Made by a program: the position numbers and the translations under genes
Origin: Eledone cirrhosa
Lineage: Eukaryota
DNA: 64,000 nt
Reading direction: 5' to 3'
Assembly (NCBI GenBank): GCA_964016885.1
Contig: OZ024741.1
Span: 6,572,001-6,636,000 of the forward strand
The notes under the pieces: generated by a model
Told to the model about the DNA's origin: nothing
What the model saw: the letters and a program-made list of their open reading frames with translations, nothing else
Database searches by the model: none
Shown: in pieces, positions 54,971-64,000 of the stretch
Layout of the letters: every line of letters starts with the position of its first letter
Position numbering within the stretch: position 1 is the first letter of the stretch

Positions 54971-57955
54971 TCTTCCTATTACCAACACCACTGCTACAGC
55001 TGTTTTCTTATTACCATCACCACTGCTACAGCTGTCTTCCTATTACCATCACCACTTCTACAGCTATCTTCCTATTACCATCACCACTTCTACAGCTGTC
55101 TTCCTATTACCATCACCACTTCTACAGCTGTCTTCCTATTACCATCACCACTTCTACAGCTATCTTCCTATTACCATCACCACTGCTACAGCTATCTTCC
55201 TATTACCATCACCACTTCTACAGCTGTCTTCCTATTACCATCACCACTTCTACAGCTGTCTTCCTATTACCATCACCACTTCTACAGCTGTCTTCCTATT
55301 ACCATCACCACTTCTACAGCTATCTTCCTATTACCATCACCACTGCTACAGCTATCTTCCTATTACCATCACCACTTCTACAGCTGTCTTCTTATTACCA
55401 TCACCACTTCTACAGCTGTCTTCCTATTACCAACACCACTTCTACAGCTGTCTTCTTATTACCATCACCACTTCTACAGCTGTCTTCCTATTACCATCAC
55501 CACTTCTACAGCTATCTTCCTATTACCAACACCACTGCTACAGCTATCTTCCTATTACCAACACCACTTCTACAGCTGTCTTCTTATTACCATCACCACT
55601 TCTACAGCTGTCTTCTTATTACCATCACCACTTCTACAGCTGTCTTCCTATTACCATCACCACTTCTACAGCTATCTTCCTATTACCATCACCACTTCTA
55701 CAGCTATCTTCCTATTACCAACACCACTGCTACAGCTATCTTCCTATTACCAACACCACTTCTACAGCTGTCTTCTTATTACCATCACCACTTCTACAGC
55801 TGTCTTCTTATTACCATCACCACTTCTACAGCTGTCTTCCTATTACCATCACCACTTCTACAGCTGTCTTCCTATTACCATCACCACTGCTACAGCTATC
55901 TTCCTATTACCATCACCACTTCTACAGCTATCTTCCTATTACCGTCACCACTTCTACAGCTGTCTTCCTATTACCATCACCACTTCTACAGCTGTCTTCC
56001 TATTACCATCACCACTGCTACAGCTGTCTTCCTATTACCATCACCACTTCTACAGCTGTCTTCCTATTACCATCACCACTGCTACAGCTGTCTTCCTATT
56101 ACCATCACCACTTCTACAGCTGTCTTCCTATTACCATCACCACTGCTACAGCTGTCTTCCTATTACCATCACCACTTCTACAGCTGTCTTCCTATTACCA
56201 TCACCACTGCTACAGCTATCTTCCTATTACCATCACCACTTCTACAGCTGTCTTCCTATTACCATCACCACTTCTACAGCTATCTTCCTATTACCATCAC
56301 CACTTCTACAGCTGTCTTCCTATTAGCATCACCACTGCTACAGCTATCTTCCTATTACCAACACCACTTCTAGAGCTGTCTTCCTATTACCATCACCACT
56401 TCTACAGCTGTCTTCCTATTACCATCACCACTTCTACAGCTATCTTCCTATTAGCATCACCACTGCTACAGCTATCTTCCTATTACCAACACCACTTCTA
56501 GAGCTGTCTTCCTATTACCATCACCACTTCTACAGCTGTCTTCCTATTACCATCACCACTTCTACAGCTGTCTTCCTATTACCATCACCACTTCTACAGC
56601 TGTCTTCCTATTACCATCACCACTTCTACAGCTGTCTTCCTATTACCATCACCACTTCTACAGCTATCTTCCTATTAGCATCACCACTGCTACAGCTATC
56701 TTCCTATTACCATCACCACTTCTACAGCTGTCTTCCTATTACCATCACCACTTCTACAGCTATCTTCCTATTACCATCACCACTTCTACAGCTATCTTCC
56801 TATTACCATCACCACTTCTACAGCTATCTTCCTATTACCATCACCACTTCTACAGCTGTCTTCCTATTACCATCACCACTTCTACAGCTATCTTCCTATT
56901 ACCATCACCACTTCTACAGCTGTCTTCCTATTACCATCACCACTGCTACAGCTATCTTCCTATTACCATCACCACTTCTACAGCTGTCTTCCTATTACCA
57001 TCACCACTTCTACAGCTGTCTTCCTATTACCATCACCACTTCTACAGCTGTCTTCCTATTACCATCACCACTTCTACAGCTGTCTTCCTATTACCATCAC
57101 CACTTCTACAGCTGTCTTCCTATTACCATCACCACTTCTACAGCTATCTTCCTATTAGCATCACCACTGCTACAGCTATCTTCCTATTACCAACACCACT
57201 GCTACAGCTGTCTTCTTATTACCATCACCACTTCTACAGCTGTCTTCCTATTACCATCACCACTTCTACAGCTATCTTCCTATTACCAACACCACTTCTA
57301 GAGCTGTCTTCCTATTACCATCACCACTGCTACAGCTATCTTCCTATTACCATCACCACTTCTACAGCTATCTTCCTATTAGCATCACCACTTCTACAGC
57401 TATCTTCCTATTACCATCACCACTTCTACAGCTATCTTCCTATTACCATCACCACTGTAACAGCTATCTTCCTATTACCATCACCACTTCTACAGCTATC
57501 TTCCTATTACCATCACCACCGCTACAGCTATCTTCCTATTACCATCACCACTTCTACAGCTGTCTTCCTATTACCATCACCACTTCTACAGCTATCTTCC
57601 TATTACCATCACCACCGCTACAGCTATCTTCCTATTACCATCACCACTTCTACAGCTGTCTTCTTATTACCATCACCACTGCTACAGCTATCTTCCTATT
57701 ACCATCACCACTTCTACAGCTGTCTTCCTATTACCATCACCACTTCTACAGCTATCTTCCTATTACCATCACCACTGCTACAGCTATCTTCCTATTACCA
57801 TCACCACTGCTACAGCTATCTTCCTATTACCATCACCACTGCTACAGCTATCTTCCTATTACCATCACCACTTCTACAGCTATCTTCCTATTACCATCAC
57901 CACTGCTACAGCTATCTTCCTATTACCAACACCACTTCTACAGCTGTCTTCCTAT
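54971..57955. repeat. 32-bp satellite, ~93 copies (CTATTACCATCACCACTTCTACAGCTGTCTTC)
   Basis: Read directly; the 32-aa periodicity of ORFs 54890-56326 and 54963-56501 equals 3 units. Confidence 0.98.
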
Positions 57956-58858
57956 CCACCAGCTGTGTATCTTGATTGGATGAGACATACAAATGGCTGA
58001 GTTGTAACTTTATAAATGTATTATAAAGATATGTAATATCTAATCCATACTAACAGGGATATATACAGCCAGCTATATATAATTTTACTGTTTTAACCCT
58101 TTCCTGGATGTATTTCTAGTGAAATATACTCAGACATTTTGATACCAACCCAGTTTTATAATGACAAACCTTGTTTTAATCATTGTTTTTATGTTCATTT
58201 TTCCATATTGGCATTAATTGGAAAGGATGATTTTAAGACAATGTTTTACAGCCAGAAACCCTACCAAATTCCTACAGTTAGTGGTCTCTTGTAACATTCA
58301 GAGATACAGGGTACTCTTGGGACTCCAATAATCACCCTCCACTTATTCATATTTCAAATTTTGCTAATCTATCTCCAGCAAAATTTTATCTTATATGGTA
58401 GAACGCCTGCGATAAATAATTTTCTTTATACATTAAAAAACATTTTACATGACAAAAAAAGTAAATTAATAGAAATCCTGTGCGTTATAAAATAAATAAG
58501 ATGCGTTGGAGTCTCCATATGTAAACTAAACGACTAATTCTTGTTTTTTAAAATATCAACGAAGACAACCTCGGAAAATTACCGATTTTCCAACCCCTCT
58601 ACTTATTCCAACTTCCCCTTATTATTTGGGACCCAAGAGTACCTATTTTAAAAATACAGAATGTATTGGAAGAATATATTTAAGCTATATATTAAACCTA
58701 CACACCTGCCTAATGATATGGTTATTTTATTAAATCTCTTCAAATTGTGGAGTATTTACAAAATTGAATAACACAGGTGGTGTATTTCATTGGAAGTCAA
58801 ATGATTAATTAATTTTGAGAGATTTACTAAAATTATTTAATTACTGAGATAACTTACT

Positions 58859-59360
58859 TCATCACAGTTTAACGTCCTATTTCCATGCTAGTATGGGTTA
58901 GACGAGTTGTCCTGCTGCGAGACAGCCAGGTCGGAGGATTGTGTTTCACCCACACAGTACTGATTAAGGCTTGGTTTCTACAGCTGGATGCCCTTCCTAA
59001 TGCCAACCACATTTACAGTGAGTGCTGAATGCTTTTTGTGGTGACATCAACACTACCACTTTACAGTGTGGACTGGGTGCTTTTTGTTGTGACTCCTAAA
59101 CAACCTCGTTACAGTGTGGACTGGGTGCTTTTTGTTGTGACTCCTAAACAACCTCTTTACAGTGTATACTGGATGCTTTTTGTGGTGACACCTACACGAC
59201 CACTTTACAGAGTGAACTGGGTGCTTTTTGTTGTGACACCTACATGACCACTTTACAGTGTGGACTGGGTGCTTTTTGTTGTGACACCTGCATGACCACT
59301 TTATAGTGTGGGGTGAGCGCTTTTTGTCATTGCTTCAGAATGACCACTTTATGGTGTGGT
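58859..59360 (-). mobile_element. RTE-type 3'UTR/terminus fragment (or RTE-dependent SINE tail) with an expanded internal repeat
   Basis: TCATCACAGTTTAACGTCC..CCATGCTAG..GGGTTAGACG and CTGGATGCCCTTCCTAA match the reverse complement of the LINE 3' ends in this window. Confidence 0.8.
59013..59358. repeat. 48-bp minisatellite, ~7 copies
   Basis: Units like TTACAGTGTGGACTGGGTGCTTTTTGTTGTGACACCTACATGACCACT. Confidence 0.9.
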
Positions 59361-60327
59361 TTGGGGACTTGGGTGGAGGGATGCATGAGGAGTTGGCCTT
59401 ATATAATATGTTGGAAGATAAGATTTTAAATAGGGACCCCTTTAAAATGGGTGGTTTTGTCTTGTAGAATCAGCCAGGTTTGGTCAGGTTGGTATTAAAA
59501 GGGTTAAACTTCCAACTAATCTAGAAATAATGATTGCCATGTATAGTTACAGGTATGTATGTGTGGGTGAATATGTAGAAGCATGTGTACTTGTATGTAT
59601 GTGTGTATAGTTAACCATATGTATGTGTGTATATAAAAGAATTTGTGTGCTTGAGTTGGTTGAAAGTTGAAGCTAAATAGTTTACACAGTATACTAAACC
59701 TTGTAGATTTAGCCAGATCCCAAATAAACCAGTTTTCATTAGTTTTTATAATAATAATGATGAAATTATTGTGTACAGTGCTCAGGTGCACTACAACTCA
59801 TCAAAGGTGCATGTATAGTTTTATGGAACTATTCATAGAAAATGTCACTTGAGTATTTTCTTATTCTTTGAAAAACATTTCACAAAATCTTTCCTTGTCT
59901 TTGAACTTGTGAAAAGCCTGGTTAACAATTCTCTCTCTCAATACTTCTTCATTCTCCATCGTTAAGGAAAGCAATTGACTCTTTTCACCTTATGACCCTA
60001 CAATAACAATACAACCCATGGCAGCATGTGGTCAATTGTCCTGCAAGATATAGCAGCCAAATCCCCTCTTTTATTAAGTGGGGATGAAGGTAAGAGGGAC
60101 AAAAAGTGGCTATTTAACAGATTTATACGACCAAATCTGTTGGGTTTCTGATACAGTACTTTGCGTTCTAGCTGGAATTTGAAGCCCCTCAGAAGTAGTA
60201 TCCTTGTTGACCTCATTAGAGGTTAAATTTAACCTTAAAAATTGGTTGGAAAAATGTCAACTTTTACATGAATATATACGGCTTATTTTACTGAGAATAT
60301 AATTTTGGCATTCCAAGAGAGCTGGAC

Positions 60328-60420
60328 GTGGTGTGGTGTGGTGTATGTAGTGTAGTGGTGTAGTGTGGGGGTGTGGTGTATGTAGTGTAGTGTTGGAGTG
60401 TGGTGGTGTATGTAGTGTAG
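60328..60420. repeat. Degenerate (GTGTG/GTGTA)n simple repeat
   Basis: Read directly. Confidence 0.85.
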
Positions 60421-60571
60421 CGATATAGATATAATACAATAAATTATCTTAACAGATAATCCTGCTGTGTTATCTGTCAAAACATTAGCTGAGCTCTTAC
60501 TCTGTAACATATGGACATATTTAATGGTGATTAATAAACTTTGGATGTCATTAAACTCAATATTTCTTAGA

Positions 60572-61136
60572 CATTACCATCATCGTTTTTACGCCTGCTT
60601 TTCCATGCTTGCATGGGTTGGACGGGTCCTTATCTCCTCTGTCAGTCTCAGTGATTTGAAGTCAGCTCTCACAACCTCTGCCCAGCTCTTTCTTGGTCTA
60701 CCTCTACTGCGACTTCCTTCAACTGGCATTTCTTGACACTTCTTCACCCAACAATCATTGTCCATGTGCATAACATGTCTGTACCAATGCAGGCTTCTCT
60801 CCTGCACACCACCTTGAATTCCTCTTAAGCCCAGTTTCTCCCTCAACTCGCCCAAGCTCTGCCTTTCACTCACACACATTGCACATCCAACAAAACATGG
60901 TTGTTTTATTTCTCTCCAGTCTATGCACAGCCCATGTTTCACTACCATGTAGCACCACATGTCCTCTGCTGTCACAGCCCATGTTTCACTACCATGTAGC
61001 ACCACATGTCCTCTGCCGTCACAGCCCATGTTTCACTACCATGCAGCATCACATGTCCTCTGCCGTCACAGCCCATGTTTCACTACCATGAAGCATCACA
61101 CTTCACACACAGGTGTCATACAGCTGTCCTTTGTAT
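60572..61136 (-). mobile_element. Older RTE LINE, 3' part (host of the nested insertion)
   Basis: Minus-strand translation KGQLYD..MLHGSETW..LREKLGLRGI..WYRHV..RGRPRKSW; degenerate (GAT)n tail at ~60572-60585. Confidence 0.85.
60926..61100. repeat. 47-bp tandem repeat x~3.7 inside LINE coding sequence
   Basis: CACAGCCCATGTTTCACTACCATG.. starts at 60926, 60973, 61020 and 61067. Confidence 0.93.
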
Positions 61137-61515
61137 CATCATCATCATCGTTTAACGTCTATCTTCCACGCTAGCATGGGTTAGACGGGAGTTGTCCCAC
61201 TTGAGGCAAGGTTGGTCGGGTGACCGTGTCTCGCTCATCTAGGACTGTCTGGCAGGTTTTCTACGGCTGGATGCTCTTCCTAACACCAACCACATTTACA
61301 GTGTCAACTGGGAGGTTTTTACCGTGTTACCTACACGGCCACATTACAGCGTGGACTGTGTGTTTTGTCATGACACCTACATGATCTCAATCTCATTATC
61401 TCATTTATTTGGACTGGATGTTGTGGTACCAACTTTACAGAGAGAGTGGTGTTGGTAGGAGTGGGAGGATGGAGTAGGGGTAATGGATTGGGGTGTATAT
61501 TTGGTTAAGAGGTGC

Positions 61516-62007
61516 CTACTGACTGTAGGTTTCGCTTTGTACATAGGCAAGGCGGGTCTTCTGTATTACTGTGTAGCGCCACAGATCTTGGTCCAGTGAC
61601 ATTGTCTTAGAGATGTGTAAGTATGTAAGGTTCGAATTTATCAAATCGTCCCAGGTTTTTCTGGGTCTACCTACTCCGTAGCTACCATCAATTTTGATCG
61701 CCCTGCACTTTTTTATACAGCTGTTGACTTTCATGCGCATCACGTGACCATACCAACATAGTCTTCTCTCGAGTAAACAGCATCTGATCCCTCTTATTCC
61801 TAATTTTTCACTTAGTTCATTTATGCTTTGCCGTTCACGTATATTACTATTACACATCCAACGGAGCATGCATGCTTCGTTCCTCTCCAATCTGCGCAGA
61901 TCCTCTGCACACAATGCCCATGTCTCACTGCCAAGTAGCATTGCTGTTCGTATACAAGCATCATACAGCCTGCCTTTCATTTTTAGAGAGAAACCTTTAG
62001 TGGCCAA
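61516..62007 (-). pseudogene. RTE ORF C-terminal region
   Basis: KGRLYDAC..GSETW..WYGHV..GRPRKTW; homologous to the disrupted ORFs in the 13 satellite copies. Confidence 0.88.
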
Positions 62008-62095
62008 CAGCGGTAGAAGCTCTCTGAACTTTTTTCATCCCGTTCTGACTCTGGCTACTGTACTTTCAGAGCACCCTCCACCACTGCTGATTTTG

Positions 62096-63070
62096 TCACC
62101 CAGGTAACGGAAAAGGGTCCACTATTTCTATAGAACCATCTGGGCAGTAGAAGGAGCTAGTATCCTGTGGGCACTTGCTACTTATTGCACCTGAGCATCG
62201 GCCACATATAAAATCTACGTTCTTAGATAGTTTACCTGTGATCCCACTACATCTTTTATGCACCCATAGTTTGCATTTGGGACATAAAATGGAATTTTTA
62301 CCTACTCCTTTCCTACACACTGAGCATGGCCATTTCCCAGAGGGCACCTGTGCAATATTTTCCTTTCTACAAACTAGAACTTTAGTCTTAGACAAGTTAA
62401 CTTTAAGGCTTTTTGATTCTCGGCCATGCTTCCATGTTTGGAATTTCTTCTCTCGTTCAGCTATGAGAGTTAGATCATCTGCATAGAGAAGTTCCCATGG
62501 GGAGCCGGTCTTAAACTCCTCTGTTATAGCCTGAAGGGCAATAATAAATAGGAGGGGGCTAAGGACAGAGCCTTGATGAACAGCAACTTTTACACTAAAT
62601 TCTTCACTATATTCATTGTTAATTCTAACCTTGCTGACTGTTTCTTTATATATGGCTTGTATAGCTCTCACAAGCCATTCATCTACACCTAGTTTTCTAA
62701 GAGCCCACCAGATAATGGAGCGGGGGACTCTGTCAAAGGCTTTCTCCAGGTCTACAAAAGCTAAGTAGAGGGATTTACTTTTAACTAGGTACTTCTCCTG
62801 TAGTTGTTGTACAATGAAAAGAGCGTCTGTTGTACTTTTACCTGACACAAACCCAAACTGCATTTCATCTAGATCAATTCGCTCTCTGATTAGTTGCGTT
62901 ATAACTCTTTCTGTGACCTTCATGACCTGGTCAACTAACTTAATGCCTCTATAGTTTCCCCTATCTAGAGCATCCCCTTTACCCTTGTAGCAGTTAATGA
63001 TGATGCTGCTACGCCAGTCTTTCGGTATGACCCCATTCTGTATTACTTGGTTAACTATATGGGTGACCAT
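62096..63070 (-). pseudogene. Non-LTR reverse transcriptase core (RTE clade) plus PHD-like C4HC3 finger; frameshifted at both ends
   Basis: Motifs YKGKGD..NYRGIKL, QFGF, AFVDLEKAFDRVPR, QGSVLSPLLF, LLYADDL, VNLSKTK; CSVC..CPKC..HKRC..CGRC. Confidence 0.92.
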
Positions 63071-63194
63071 AGTATGTCCCCACCATTCCAGATACTTTCA
63101 ACATCTCAGCAACTATCTCCGAAGGCCCAGCGACCTTGCCTGTCTTCATATCTTTGATTGCCTTACTTATTATACTACTTTTAACTTGCACCGC

Positions 63195-63646
63195 TGTATG
63201 TAGGGCGAAACCTTTTTTAGCCAACAGTGGAAGCAGCTCTCTAAACATTTTCCATCCTATCCTTATTCTAGCTCTCAGTGCACTCATTCATTGCTAATTA
63301 AGTCACCTAGCTACCAACCACTTCTATGTGCATTACTGGTTTTCTTCCCCTCGGTTACCTCTGTGTATCTTCTACAGTCATCCCTTCCTGTTAGCTTACT
63401 TATTATCCCACTACATCTCTTGTTTCCCCAAGATTTACATTGTGTAAACCATATGGAGTTTATGCCTACTCCCTTTCAACATATTGAGCAGGGCCACTTC
63501 CCTGAAGGAATCAGGGTCCTATCTTCCCTCCTTCTCACTAACACTTTAGTTTTAGCTAAGTTTACTCTTAAGCCTTTTGATTCTAAATTTTGTTTCCATA
63601 GTCAGAACTTATTTTCAAAGTTTTTAATGGATTCAACTATAAGGAC
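63195..63646 (-). mobile_element. Older RTE LINE, 5' part (continuation of 60572-61136), degraded
   Basis: Minus strand reads VLIVES..KGLRVNLAKTKVL..GKWPC..GVGINSI..KRCSGI..RIRIGWKMFRELLPLLAKKGFALHT, with stops and indels. Confidence 0.85.
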
Positions 63647-64000
63647 CTGTAATGTTCTTACCATTTAATGATTCAGTTATAAGGACCTGTAATGTTCTTA
63701 CTATTTAATGATTCAGTTATAAGGACCTCTAATGTTCTTACCATTTAATGATTCAGTTATAAGGACCTCTAATGTTCTTACCATTTAATGATTCAGTTAT
63801 AAGGACCTGTAATGTTCTTACTATTTAATGATTCAGTTATAAGGACCTCTAATGTTCTTACCATTTAATGATTCAGTTATAAGGACCTCTAATGTTCTTA
63901 CCATTTAATGATTCAGTTATAAGGACCTGTAATGTTCTTACCATTTAATGATTCAGTTATAAGGACCTGTAATGTTCTTACCATTTAATGATTCAGTTAT
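63623..64000. repeat. 40-bp satellite (CCATTTAATGATTCAGTTATAAGGACCTGTAATGTTCTTA), ~9.5 copies, runs off the window
   Basis: Read directly. Confidence 0.96.

Larger units (their letters stand above)
58093..59507. mobile_element. Possible piggyBac-like non-autonomous element ends (TTAA|CCCTTT ... AAAGGG|TTAA)
   Basis: TTAACCCTTT at 58093 and AAAGGGTTAA ending at 59507. Subterminal 59445-59481 resembles 54141-54180. The two ends may not belong to the same insertion. Confidence 0.35.
61137..63194 (-). mobile_element. 5'-truncated RTE LINE (~2.06 kb), same family as the satellite-embedded fragments, nested in the older RTE
   Basis: (GAT)n tail and complete 3'UTR; RT ORFs; flanked by TGTAT at 61132-61136 and 63195-63199. 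Confidence 0.9.

Noticed and set aside
54890-56501. His/Thr/Ser-rich 478- and 512-aa ORFs
   Set aside because: Translation of a 32-bp unit that lacks stops in all three plus frames; the same peptide appears in overlapping frames.
59750-60216. Possible further degraded LINE/SINE fragments or exons
   Set aside because: They look like old repeat remnants but are too degenerate to assign without a database search; no supportable exon structure.

Overview
Eukaryotic repetitive DNA with no convincing host gene; the repeat families resemble cephalopod (Octopus-like) elements, which is an inference from memory. Positions 1-~53,397 are one composite macrosatellite. About 1,400 copies of a 27-bp unit (ATAGTTGAAGACAGAGTACCTCAGACA) are punctuated by 13 same-orientation copies of one ~1.1-kb 5'-truncated, dead RTE-clade LINE. 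All 13 share the same junctions and stop codons, so a single insertion was co-amplified with the satellite into higher-order repeats (two haplotypes, one mosaic copy, a 7,426-bp tandem duplication). A recurring variant monomer carries a full CCAAT-box (NF-Y-type) consensus. The right ~10.6 kb holds a 32-bp satellite sharing a motif with the 27-mer, a degraded SINE, a possible piggyBac-like MITE, an RTE nested in an older RTE (RT with an embedded PHD-like finger), and three minisatellites (48, 47 and 40 bp) grown out of LINE sequence. The long Leu/Cys and His/Thr ORFs are translations of tandem repeats.
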